DNA of 64,000 nucleotides from the NCBI GenBank assembly GCA_022813965.1, contig JALDZS010000065.1, positions 1 to 64,000 of the forward strand, read 5' to 3'. The notes under the pieces are model-generated. The model saw nothing but the letters and a program-made list of their open reading frames with translations, did no database searches and was not told the origin of the DNA. Shown one piece after another: positions 1 through 12,632 of this stretch (position 1 is its first letter; the number at the start of each line of letters is the position of its first letter). The DNA comes from Toensbergia leucococca (Eukaryota). A program made the translations under genes and the position numbers.

Positions 1-1396
1 AAGACAAGGTTGCAGCCCCAAGGTAGATGATCCAGACTTCAGAAGTAACTATCATACTGTTGAAATGCTATTTGCACCAAATGTGGAGTCACCGCCGACC
101 TTCCGGTTCAAACGATGATTGTCAAACGGAGAAGGTGACCGGAATCGGCACGGATTCAGAGATGCGCCAAAGGACAAAGAAACAGAGATGTCAAATGAGA
201 ACTGTTTCCCTTAACGCTGAATAAGATGTGCACTGAAGAAGGCTCAGGCAATCTTTTCTGACTTTCGATTCAAGACCATCTGGTAGGAGGTCGGACTCAT
301 CGTCAAGGAAAAATGAGTTTACCATGTAGTCTGCTATATTATGATCATAAGTGGAGTCACGAGGAGCTGAACAGGTATGAACATGAAAACACAGTGAGCG
401 TCTCATAGCTTGCGGAGGAATTCCAGATGTATATGAGTTAATATAAAGGTCTGGAAATTGACATCAATAGTGGAAGGGGCTTTCCTAGAATAAGAAACGA
501 AAGAGGTATTTCCACTCAATTTGCGCATAGAACACGTGACTAATCCGCAGTGAGAAAAGAGCAGCATTGCCTCTGCCATGATGACATATCAAGGAGGTGC
601 CGCCTACACCTTTTAGAGATCAAAATAGCCTGATGAAGGTGGTGGAGGTAGGCATCCTGAATCTCAATGGTTTTGTAACGTTGCATGCTAAACAGAAGTC
701 TTGTCAAAGTAATGAGACTCATCACTGAAGGCACTAAAATAGCCTTTTCAGGACCAAATGAGCTTCTAAGAAAATCCTGAGAGACTAGCAATGAAAAAGT
801 TGTACACTCGGTGAGGGAAATGGGACTGGAGAACAAGGTTGGTAATTGAGTCTTATGAGAAGATGTGTGAAGGTGTTGATTGCAGAGGTAAAGCAACCTA
901 CTGTTGAGGAAGATGAGAACAATGATTGTGACTACTATGAGGACAAAGATTAAGTTTAGGGTGTGCGGCTTTAGAAGGGGTCGGTCGGCTAGGCTGAAAG
1001 AAGACTCAGAAGAATGGCACGATCTTCATCTTTGATCCGCGGGTGACGATGCCATCATCTTCACTTGCTGAAGCCAATTCTCACTTACTAGTCTGCATGG
1101 TGCACCTTCTTGCCACGGAGAGTTTTCCAAGTTACTGACACCTCAGGGCACTCTTAAGCTGTAATGATTTCAGGATCTTTGTCGACTTCCAAGTAGCTCC
1201 CTTTAAATCTTATGCTTAAGCACTCAATTGAGTCCTTGATATCTAGGGGCATATAATGACATGGTTCTCAATCTAATCAAATCTCAGGGAAATGGTGTTG
1301 TGGGACCGTTGTAGGCGAGGAGACTCGCGTTCAAATTCGATAGTACATAAGGTATTGCAAGTTGAAATGACTTCTAGGTCTATTTAGTCAGATAAA

Positions 1397-2067
1397 GGGT
1401 GGTGATACATGGACACCCCCTTTTGATACAAGGACACCCCCCCCAACCCCCTCGGGCGCAATACCACCTAGGGAAAATCTATCATTTCGCACCACATCTT
1501 GCCTCGATTCTCTACCACTTTGCAAGCCATTTACTTGTTCCATTTGCGTGCCATCTAGAAGCCAGATTACCTAGGAGAAAAATCATGCTTTTGTACCACA
1601 TCCTGACTTGATTCCCTCCCCCCCGGGCGCACGATCACCCCTTCCCCCCGGGCGCAAAAACATCGTGATTTTGCAAGCTATCTACCTCCTTCCAAAATCA
1701 TGAAATACTCTGGTATCCACGGGAACTCCACCCCCCGCCACCCCTCCACCTCCCCCCCTCCCTCTATTTCCTCGCCGTCCTCTAGGTCCTCGGCCACCCC
1801 GGCCCCCCCGACCCCGGCCATCCCCCTGAAGACCTTGTTCTATCACCTCAAATTGAGACAATTCTCTCTGTGTACCTCTATCAAATGCCCTATCGGAATA
1901 ATTCCCTACTGCAGTGGAGGTGGTAGATGGCACGTGGAATTATGTGGTAGAGAATGGAGGTAGGATGTGGTGCGAAATGATAGATTTTCCCTCGGTGGTA
2001 TTGCGCCCGAGGGGGGTGGGGGGGGGGTGTCCTTGTATCAGAAGGGGGTGTCCATGTATCACCACCC
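1397..2067. mobile_element. Non-autonomous DNA transposon (MITE-like; Mutator- or hAT-type), 671 bp
   Basis: Left TIR 1397-1518 (GGGTGGTGATACATGGACACCCCC...CTCTACCAC) is a near-perfect reverse complement of 1944-2067. Flanked by the identical 8-bp direct repeat CAGATAAA (1389-1396 and 2068-2075). No transposase ORF inside. Confidence 0.93.
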
Positions 2068-2225
2068 CAGATAAATTACACTCTGTATTCTATTCCGTAT
2101 AATACAAGTAAGTCTATCACGAAAGTATTCCATACCATGTTAATGCTCTAAAAATTGCAGAAGAACTTATTGTTGACGTACTCCTCTTCTTGGAAATCTT
2201 TATACATTGGTTCATCTACCAAGAA

Positions 2226-3547
2226 ATGGGTGCAATCAGAAAAATTGCAATAGCAGTCTTGTCTATATCGTTCTTGGTTTTCGTTGCCCTGTTTGGCCGG
2301 CTCCCAGCTTTTCGGTCTGTGAACTGGCATAAAACCTTTCCTCGTAGACTTACTGATTGTTTCAAGCAAAGGGCCCATAGGCTTTCTCCATCGCCTAATA
2401 TGGCTAGACATTCCAGTCTTTATCCGTCGAGTCGACGTTCGAGTTACTGGTGGTTCTCTTCAACACGCAGGTCGTTACTTGATGAATGAGAATCATCCCT
2501 TGGTCTTGGTATTGCACAGCAATTTCTACACGGAGAGTCTTGTGCATACATATCTAACTTGGCTAGATTTTATACCTCGCTATTCTTTCTATATCTCAGA
2601 CCCTCTTCATACTTGCAGCGTGGTCGCGACTAGATCACTCCCAGCAGGCCATCTCCCTAATCCTTTCCGCTCTTCCCCACATGTTTGTCTACAAGTGTGT
2701 AACATCAACTTCGTCCGTTATCAATTCTAAGAATCTCCGCCAAGAAATGCAGAGATATCCTTACGATCATGTACTTTTTCGCCCAGGCCATCTTTGTCGA
2801 ACTTGTCAGCTACTCAAGCCTGCAAGGAGCAAGCACTGTAGCATCTGCAATGTCTGTGTAGCAAAGCACGACCATCATTGTATCTGGGTCATGAATTGTC
2901 TTGGAAGAGATAATTACGCCTACTTCCTGGGTATGCTACTGAGCCTTGCTACCTTGCTCCTCTACGGCTCTTATCTCAGTTATAGCATACTTACAAGTAC
3001 ACTCCAAAATCATGTACTGCGACGAGCTCATGGAATGTTTGGAAGAAGTCATTGGAGTGTAGGGAAAAGCTGGTCACAGTATTTTCAGCTATGGGCCTGG
3101 GCTATTGCCCAGGACGTCCGGATCGGAGGGGTTGGGATGTTGGCTCTGATGACGGCTCCCTTAGCCTTCGGGCTGTTTGCATATCATGTGTACCTTATCT
3201 GGGCTGGTATGACGACAAACGAGAGCCTTAAGTGGACCGACTGGAAGGAAGATATTGCAGACGGCCTGGTCTTCAAGTGTGAGAGACCTTCAGAGGATAA
3301 CAATGTTAGCAGTACGAATCTAGACGTCGAACCCTACATTGATTGGCCTATTACAAGTAAGCAGCATTTGGCCATTTGCCAAGATGGGAACCCCCCAGGC
3401 TCTTCTGCCAGTGGCCACAATCATAGCTCGATGACGGAGCCCCATTTTGCCGGGATTCAATGGACCAAAGTGGAAAGCCTGAACGAAGTCGAGAACCTAT
3501 ATGACCTGGGCTTCTGGAACAATGTGCGAGACGCCTTATTTTTATGA
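2226..3547 (+). CDS. SWF1: DHHC palmitoyltransferase Swf1 (multi-exon)
   Basis: N-terminus MGAIRKIAIAVLSISFLVFVALFGRLPAFR; DHHC-CRD CRTCQLLKPARSKHCSICNVCVAKHDHHCIWVMNC; TTNE motif; C-terminal NLYDLGFWNN; two short GT-AG introns near the 5' end. Confidence 0.93.
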
Positions 3548-3779
3548 AATAGTGTTTGTCGATTTATGGACTAAGAGACGTTTTTGCAATCTAGCTGGCT
3601 ACCCCTTGACCTAGCTGTCTAGGATCCAGCATATGGTACAAATTTGACTTTTTCGAGTACGGAAGCCATGTACTATTGTCTATCAATATGGACGTGGAAA
3701 TAGATGACTTCGACTGGATAATTCTCGGCTTGAAACGGAGCTTTGCTGACAAACGCTAGCTAAGTGGATTGTGAACAAG

Positions 3780-4072
3780 GCCTCTTCGCACGAGGGTACA
3801 CGTCGACGTGGACTGATGTCATCAAAGGAGTGAGGCAGAAAGAGAATGGGGCTGAGGCAGGCATGATTTTTGGATTTGTAGCGGCTGGAAGGGGAATTGG
3901 AAGCGTTGCCTTGGGCCTTCTTAGCGAGGCTCTATTGAATACGAGACCTTGTGTTGATAGAGCCAGTTTAGGCTTTGGGACAGGGTATGCGGGATTACCT
4001 GGTGAATTTCACTGGTGTTAGTGCGGCGTTGGAAGTGTTAGCTGGGCTGGGAGAAGGTTGGGATAGGTCTAG
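3780..4072 (+). pseudogene. Relic of the last exon of an MFS (monocarboxylate-type) transporter
   Basis: GLFARGYTSTWTDVIKGV...MIFGFVAAGRGIGSVALGLLSEALL...GFGTGYAGL continues after frameshifts as FTGVSAAL/SVSWAGRRLG*, resembling fungal MFS C-termini. No upstream exons are recognisable between SWF1 and here. Confidence 0.6.
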
Positions 4073-4901
4073 GAATGAGCTGAGTGAAGAGAACAGGTGC
4101 AGCACTGGCTAGTGAGTGCATCAATATGCCAGTGCTTGTTAAGTAGGTAAGAGCAAGACAAGCCAGCAGCTTCATACTTCTTGTCACGTTCTAGAGAAAG
4201 CGGCGCCTAGTCCTTTCGCTGATTACACGGCCTCTTATAAAAACAATAAAATCAATCTGGTACCAATAAATTGTCTTGTTGTTGATTCAGACCTCTTTTC
4301 TATACTTGGTAATCTCCTCGCACGAGGCCGCCTTGTAGTCAATGGCAGCAGCAATTCTCCTTTTGAGACGTTGTCCGCCTTGAGCCGTGAGAATTAAATA
4401 TGCTGAGGGGCTGAAAGGGTAAGACATGATGATGTTCCTGGATAACAAGAGCATTTCAGTTGCCAGTGAAGGTAATGAGAAGAGAGATGTGGGTGATAAT
4501 GAGAGAAAGATGAGAGTAGGTGCAAGCCTACACTGATCAAATCTCCACAGAAAATGTTCGATTTCTTAGTCGCCAAACCGAATTGTCTGGCCGAGGATTT
4601 ATGCATTTTGTATGCAAAGATGTCGCTTTGTCTCCTCGCGATTTGGTGGTGATTATGGAGCTCTGAATCGTGCCTAAACATCAAGTGTTGGGTGCTGGAG
4701 ACTTAGGCAGTTTGTTACGAGTACTCATAGTGGATTTATCGCGTTCAAATCGTGTCGACACGTGAAGGGCACCCACGCAAGCACGTGACATAGACTTTCC
4801 ATGACCGATTGTGGAGACGAACACTCGAATCGTATTCTCACTAATTTCAAATGTAAATACTCGGCCTTCATTGGAGGGCCCACATCCAGAAATTGACCGC
4901 T

Positions 4902-7306
4902 ATGGCGAAAATGGTGGTTCCTGGTCGTTCGGAAAATAGCGAAATACAGGGATCTCTTTTCGAAGGCAAGCGGTTCTGGCTTTCACAGAAAGTTCCTCAA
5001 AGGTCATCATTTGTTGAGAGAGTCCAGGTATCAAATACACGCATCTCAACCAGATTCCATGTACTAATTTGACCCCACTGCAGGCCAACGGCGGTGAGGT
5101 AGTTCAGCTGGAAAAGAGGGCAGATATCAAAATCGTGGATCACATGAGAAAAGAGACACTTCCTGGAACGTATGTAGCTTTCCGCTCTTTCCCTACATCG
5201 TCATACTCCAAACCAGGCCTGATGACTTTGTGGTCAGATACTCTTACACTTACATTGAAAGCTCTATACGCAATGGCGTCTTGGAAGAGCTCGAAGACCA
5301 CGCAGTGGGACCTCAGGCTGGTACGGTCAGAAGTGTTGGTTCTACGTTGCAACCTGTACGAAAGAAACGGACTCCTTTCACTGCAGAAGATGAGCGAGTG
5401 CTCTACAGATGGGTGGACACATATAGACAGAAAGGAGGAGCGACAGATGGCAATGAAATCTACAAGCAGCTAGAGGTGGAGGTAAAAGGAGACCATTATC
5501 AGACAAAGCTTAGAAGAGTCACTCATAAACATCTAGAACGGACGGCACACTTGGCAGTCTTGGAGGGATCACTGGATCAAATGTCTGAAAGACAGAGCGC
5601 CCCCAGCTCTCATGCCTCACAACGCTCCCCCAACACCTCCATCAGAACAGCCAGCAGTTGACAAGAACCTTCAACCATCCAAGCCCGAGAAATCGCCGCG
5701 AAACGTTGGTGACAACGCCGAGACTTTTACCGAGGTTGATGCCCAAGCTCTACTTGACGTAGCTGAAGATCTTCTCAACGTACACCCCGATAATTCAGAA
5801 GCTGCGTGGCAGAAGTGGGCACACGATGTGAGCGATACTCAATTCATGATTAAATTTCAGCTTTTGCTAACGCACTAGCACTCGAAGTTCCCAGGCCAAT
5901 CCGCACAAAAGTGGCAAGATTTCTGGGAGAAAAGCATTCTCCCAGTATATCTAGAGAGAAAGGCGATAGAAAGAGGTGAGGAGAAAGAAGTTGATATGGG
6001 CAGCATTTTAAGTATACCTTCTAAAGACCATGCCATCGTTGAACCAAGGTCGTGTGAAGAAGAGGCGGCGGCTATCTTGACGACTTTGACGACCGATCAT
6101 GTCAAACCAGGTACTGATAGACAGAAGAGCCCGTCCTACCACCCTGAGTCGCCTCGATTGACAATCACACCCCTTAAGGTCACGCATACTGCCGTTGACA
6201 CGAAACATAACGTAGAAATTCTAGAGGATGTGCCAGAGCCAGACAAGTCCGAAGTACAAAGTGCTAGTCCCCCGTTCGGCAAAGCTTTCATAGACGGCAA
6301 CGCATCCCCAAAAAGAAAACGTACCACCTTTGAAGATGAGCTCCCGCACAGTTCCCCTCTCACATCTATAACACCAATTAGAAATAAACGCCAACGGCAG
6401 GAAAGCGTACAACGAGAACTTCTCGAAATCCCGTCAACGCCTGACAAAAGCCCTCGCCCAAATCCTGCCCTCTCCCCAATCTTACCAACCGCATTCCTAG
6501 ATCGCCAGGTGATTGATCTCGAAGACGAATTCAGCGAGCAAGGAGATGAAGACGAAGAAGAAGAAGGTAGTCCGATCGGGTTTCAAGGCTCCCAATCCCT
6601 CTCGGAACCTGACCACCTCGCACGAGCCACGCAAGCAGCCTTTAAAGAACAAACCCCATTCATCGAATTTGACATCCCGCCGCCCCCCAACGGCTGGGAC
6701 GACGAGGATCCCATCACCGAAGAGCCCGAGTCAGAAGAAGCAAGCACACCACCAGGATTCCAGGACATAGTCATGCAGCGCAAACCCTCCACTTCACAAC
6801 ACGAGCAGGTGGCAACAGAAGCCGCCCACGAACCTGACACCCAAACCCTCCTAGCCAGCAAAACCCAGCTCCCAGACTTCACCCTCCCCTCCCCCACAGG
6901 CGGCTGGTCCTCCCCTCCCCCCTCCTCCCCCCCCTCCCTCTCCCAATCCTCCCAAACCGCCATCCCAGACCCCACTTTCTCCCCCCCAACCTCCCCCTCC
7001 GCCATCACCGCCGCCCTAGACGCCTGGATCGACGCCCACGCCGCCCGCGACCACCCGACCGCACACGTCGAGCTCGCGCTCCGCTGCACGGGCATGGATA
7101 CCGAGTTGGCCGAGGAGGTGCTGGTGCATTTGGGACGGTATGGAGTTTTGCCCGTTGGGAGGAGGGGCGTGTGGACGGAGGAGGAGGATGAGGTTTTGCT
7201 GGGAAGTACGGATGCGAGGCGGATTCGGCGGTTGGAGATTAGGCATGGGGGGGAGGGGGTGGATCGGAGGATTGGGTTTTTGAGGGTTTATCGGGGGGTG
7301 GGGTAG
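4902..7306 (+). CDS. RAP1: Telomere/shelterin protein Rap1 (BRCT, Myb, Rap1_C; 5 exons)
   Basis: Spliced N-terminus MAKMVVPG...LFEGKRFWLSQKVPQRSSFVERVQ/ANGGEVV...YSYTYIESSIRNGVLE (BRCT); RTPFTAEDERVL...GNEIYKQLE...RHTWQSWRDHW (Myb); C-terminal ALRCTGMDTELAEEVL...RGVWTEEEDEVL...RRIGFL (Rap1_C). Confidence 0.88.
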
Positions 7307-7872
7307 TGTGGGGACACTTGGTGTGGGGGTGATGTTGGTGTTTGGGCGGATGTTTGGCTGGTTTGTGCTGTTGTTGGTGCAGGGACGTGGGGAGGAGGGG
7401 ATGTCTGGGTCTTGTTCTTGTGCGTCAAACCTAGTATGTTTAATTGGCATTAGGGCTAATCGCAAATGAAGACTGTTGATTCTCGTGAGTAGAAACCGTT
7501 GGTCCATGCCGGGGGCCATTTTGGGGAAACATCGCTTTGATCATTGCAAGGGCTATTGAAAATGCACGTCTTCTGCTGAAGAAGAACAAAGCGTCTCGTT
7601 TCATCGTCTTCAATTTTCTTATTTCTACCCTTGGGGTCCATCCATCATTTCAATCACCCCGCCACCCCGCTCCCCCTCCCAAAATCACCTGAAGCAGCGC
7701 ATTCCCCCACCTCCTTACCTCTTCTAGCTTACCTACTTACACACCACCACCTCTTCCTTCTATGTCATCAACTCCCTCCCATCACCCTTCCCGCCGCAAA
7801 ACGAACACCGCCCCTCACTCATCCTCTACACCTCAACCCCATCCCCAACCCTCTCACTCAAACCCTCCCTCC

Positions 7873-10800
7873 TCACGTCTTCGCCTTCGCCTTGCCCCCA
7901 ACCTTCGACCCGGGCGGCCGTTTGTACTTCCTCGGATCTGCATCCATCAGCCATCCATGACGCACACGCGCAGCCGCGCCCCTCCCTAAAAAAGGGGGCA
8001 AAACGCATGGATGACCGAACAGAGGATGCAAGATCGACATGATAAAGATGCAGGGAGAGAGAGGGAGGCTGAAAGAGAAAAGAAAGGAGAAAGGAAAAAG
8101 AGTGAATGGCATGAGCAAAAAGAATCGCACCTTTCCGCGACATGCGCGTCTTATCCCTCGTGCCTTTGCCGCCTTCCCAGAAGCCGGAGCCGCGAGCGCC
8201 GACAAGAGTGTTATGGCAATTGGGGCAGTCGGTAGGTCTGTAGGGTTGTTCGCGGGAGCAGAATCCGCTGATTAGGTTGGAAAGAGAATCAGTTCTAGAT
8301 GCGGGGTTTCTTTTTCTTTTTTTCGGTGCTGGACAAGAGGATTTGATGGTATGGGAGGAAAGGCAATTGGGGCTTACCAGATCATTCTGTTGGCGTGCTC
8401 GTTTGGGTGGTCGCTTGCGAGATCGTGGCATCTAGGTAAGAGGGGTTAGAGGTTGCCTTTCGGGGGGGATTCTTTTTGTATGTCAACGGAGGAACGGACT
8501 TATCGCAGGGGTAAACTTTGGAGCAGCAGCTGAATCTGTCACGCGGATTAGAGTAACGATCTTGGTTGGAGATTGGCGCAGGAAGAGGTACCGGAACCAG
8601 CGGTAGCTTTTGCTGTAGGTTGAATTGGTATTAGGCTGTCCATGTATTCAAGGTTCAGGGAAAGTACCTGTAGTGGGTGCAACGGCCGCGGCGGGGGAGT
8701 TCTTGACCAGCTGTAAGGCCAAGGTTTTCTTTGGGCTGGGAAGAATGTTAGTGGTGGGGCTTGGGAGGGAGTGGAGAAGGGGATTTGTGGCTTGCCTTTT
8801 TCCGCGGTGGTGCCCGGTTGGCGCGGACTAGAGGCACGGATGTTAGTAGGCTGTTCAACATTTTTTTTGGTTGCGTTGGGGTCTCCCTCTTTCAGATGTG
8901 CTGATGGGTTGAGTCCTTCCCTTGCTTCGCTATTGCTAGGGAGGAGCGTTTGGGGGTGGAATCGTCGGAGACCCCGGGGACTTACCAGTAGCAGCACTGA
9001 CGAGCAGGAACTTGACTTCTGGAATCTTGAAACCTGAATTGGGATTGATGCATGTCAGAAGTCTTCTCCTTCGAGTCTACTGCATGAATCTCTAATTCCA
9101 GATGGGATAAATTAGATGGCGGCGTACTCATCTTGCGGTGGCATTCTCTGCAGTTTGCCATCGTTGATTCGCCTCGCACAGAAACAAGGCCAGGGGCAGG
9201 ATGTGGTGTTGAGCACTCCGCACAGGTTGGGATGAAGTTGCTGTAGTAGGATAATTAATGTCCTTCCCATCAATAAGTAAAGATCGTCGTCAGCTATTCA
9301 CCTTGGGAGCATGTCCACGACTATGCAGCCGTCAAGGTCAATATACCCAGCACGAACCGAATTCGCATGCATCAGCTCCCTTCGATACCCTGCTCAGGTA
9401 AATCAGCCATAGAGACGATGAATTCAAAGGCATACACACCTATGCTGAGCGTATTTGCACATTTCTTACATGACGCAGACCGAATGCCCGAAGCTCCAAC
9501 ATTGCCGTGGTTGCGAAGGTTGCTGATATCCATAGTATCCTTACAACGCTCGCACTTGATCGTAAGACACAAGGCCACGAGCTCAAGAAGCTCAATGCCA
9601 TAAAGTTCGAGTAGAGGAAAAGACAACAGGATACCACGCTCTGGGCCGCCAGATGTAGTTTCCAAACTCGAGTCGGGTGCTTCTTCGCCGGCCTCGTCTG
9701 TCAAGTCGTCATTATCGGATCCAGATGAATCTGTATAGCCGCTGTCATCGGCATCGTCATCTTCACCTGGAATAGCCCACTCTGGAGGTCTGGGAATAAT
9801 TTTAATATGACTGCGATCATTGAACTCTTCAGGCGCGTTGAAAGCTTTGCTGGTGTCTGTTGAACCTCCCAGCCCCAACGAAGCAACAGGTTGGACGTCA
9901 GGAGGCTCAATTAGGGTCTCTGTTGCAGGGATTGCAGCTAATATATGCATGTGCTGCGCTAAATAATTGATCTGTCCCATCAGAGTTGTCTCCGGCTTGT
10001 CTTTAGCTCTACATTCAAACGCCATTTCAGTGTTACTAGCAGCTTCTCTCGTGACGCCAAGAATCTCAATCCTGCAATGGTGCAGAGGATAAAGCAACGG
10101 GACAAAGAGTTTGACGGTCTTGATGACTTGTAAGGGGATAGGGAGATCTTCATGCCTCCTAGGGTCTACAGGAACAGTATAGGCAATACTATCGGAAGAC
10201 TTGGAGAACAGCGGAAGTCGTCCAAGGCGAGCTTCTAGTTGATGAGTCTCCATCTCACGCCTTGCTTGAGCAGTACGCTTCTGCTCCGGAGTGTGTATTG
10301 GTGCTGTAGGCCAATCATTGATAGTCGTGGCAGGCGGAAATTTGGAAACTGAGGGTGCGTCATTTCCTATGTTGGCTTGCCGTACTTGTCTGCCAATGGC
10401 GACATTTGGTGTTATCTTGATCGTTGAAGCTTTCTCTGCAGAGAGTAAAGATTCTAACTGCTTATCCAGTGCGGTCATTAGCCCCAATAAAGTATACTGC
10501 GGAGATTTTTCCGTCAATGCTTCAAACCCTCGTTCAACATTGATCTGGTAACCTCTGCCCATCTCTTTGTTTTTGACGTGCAACGAGGGTCTTCCATTTT
10601 GGGGGTACGTGAAGGGGACATGAAGCACACATTGCAGACCGACCATCTCAAATGGAAAGTCAGGATCCGATGGAACCATCTGGAAGCTAAAGACAGTGTC
10701 ATTTTCATGATTCTCCTCCTTTGGAGAGAATCTCCGTCTCAGTTGCTGCACTTGAAACTCCCTTGGATCTTCAACTTGCGCGCGAGAGATAGGTTTCTGT

Positions 10801-11352
10801 ACCACTCGTGTACTGTTGACTGGTGGTGCCGCATAACGGCGGCCTTGTTGGAGATTCAGAGGTGGTTCACTAGTAGCATCAATTGGTAGCTCTACTGATG
10901 CCTTGCTTGTAGAAAGCTGTTGATTGGGCATCACTCGATTGGTGGTGCGATTGAGCCTCGAGGGATCATGAATGAAAGGGCAGGCATCCCCGGCCCGACA
11001 ACCTGCTTGATGTCAGATCACATTTTGTCCTAGTCTGTAAGTACTCGGATACAAGAAGAGACATGATCCAACGGCAAGGGCCGAAAGTAGCATTGTTGGA
11101 TTGAGATCACATGCATATGCGTTACGTGAGAAGTATCAGATAGAGAGGAGCAGAAAGGGCGCCAATACCGTTCTTGGTAGTGTAATAACGGCAATGTGCG
11201 CGTTTTGGGTGTGGCGTTGAGTCTGATATCTGTGGCGACGGTGGTGCCGATGCAGAAGCTGGGGTCGTAATGATAATGATGAGCGTGTGACTTGGGCGAC
11301 CTCTGCCAACGCATCAATTCTGCTTACGCTTGATAATAGCCTGCTCTTCCAT
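7873..11352 (-). CDS. CCCH zinc finger + CHY zinc finger protein (conserved fungal, many introns)
   Basis: Spliced start MEEQAIIK/PSASAPP...HCRYYTTKNG/CRAGDACPFIH (C-x8-C-x5-C-x3-H); large exon ~9440-11002 with PSDPDFPF motif and CxxC pairs; C-terminal CHY finger RGRCTHYSKSYRWFRFSCCSKVYPCDKCHD...ICGFCSREQ...GFWEGGKGTRDK; last exon DPRKYKR...KAKT*. Confidence 0.85.
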
Positions 11353-12632
11353 GTTACTACTGCCGTTGGGTCGAGGTAAGGCAACAGTAGTTGTCCAATA
11401 GTGATAAATTGTCGTTTTCCTCCGCAGTCATGGAATATCAGCTGATTGATATGAAACTCGAGATCTGCACTTGGTCGAGGCTTGCTTGGACTTTGACTCA
11501 TCCACTGTCCCTGACACTTCAGAGTTCTGATCGTGTGATGTTGCTCTAGCAATGACTCAGGCATTTTCTCATCCTTCGTCTTTTCTCCTCTCGTCGCTGC
11601 CTGACGAGAGTGAGGGGTTGATGCTACGCTGTCACTTCATTGGTTTGGGCTTGGGAAGCCTCTCTCAAGCCTTCCCGTTAATGCGAGCCCTGTCAACCAA
11701 GCAACAAGTATCATCCCCATGTATTCGGAACTGAAGACTTGGTCACTTAAATAATGTAGGTACTATTGATACTATTGATATCGAAATACTTTACCGTACG
11801 GCCAAAGGGTGCATTATTACCTCACCCATCTATGTCGCTCAGTCATTTCCCTGGCTCCTGGCAGCCTCAACAACCCCCAACCTCCACAAGCGCCGCCCCC
11901 ACGTCTTTTTCAAGTTCCCCCTGGATCGGCTGCCTCGGCCCTACGGATAAGAAAATTCCATGCATACACGTGTCGACACCTTCCAGAACGAGTTCGAACA
12001 AGCGGTGTAAGATTTCAGATTATGGCATACCTACCTCAGCTACCTAGGTAGGTAGGTACTTGTGATTTTTATGCAGCTTATCCCACCTCGGAATAATTGC
12101 CTTGATGTTGGGCCTCTTAGAAGAAGCACGGTTTTTATTGCCTATTCATACTTTGCATACTTTGCAGGGTAAGACCCACATCGACGTGACACGAGAAAAA
12201 CCCCTTCTGCATCCATTTTCGCAATCTTCATTTTCGTAATCGTCCGTCGACCCACCACCCAACGATTCGGGAAGTCCCGTGTGAAATTGATCTGCTCAAT
12301 TAAGACCGAATTTTCCGGCCTATGAGACTACCTATGTACACAACGGGCCAATGCACATGATTTCGGTTCCACCGCCATCTACCCAACAACAAAGGAAATG
12401 TACATGGTGCAATCAAGCACGGAGAACTGGTATCATGTGAAATTGAAAGCTCTGCCTGAGCTCAGTGGCCATCCCTGTCGGATGCGCTCGTAGACCTCCG
12501 TTGCTCTACCAATGCCACCGCGCTCTCTGTAAATGCATCGAGTACCGCTAATAGCAAGATGCCCCAAATTCATACATGAAATTATCAGCTTTTGTAAAGC
12601 CGTGCAAATTGTGAGAATAAGCATATCCGATA

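Noticed and set aside
1682..2102. Short Gly/Arg- or Pro-rich ORFs inside the MITE
   Set aside because: Products of G/C homopolymer runs; no transposase motifs.
11250..11290. Apparent non-AUG start (ATT ACG ACC) for the CCCH/CHY gene
   Set aside because: An upstream exon (ATG 11352, MEEQAIIK, donor GTAAGC) splices in frame, so non-AUG initiation is not needed.
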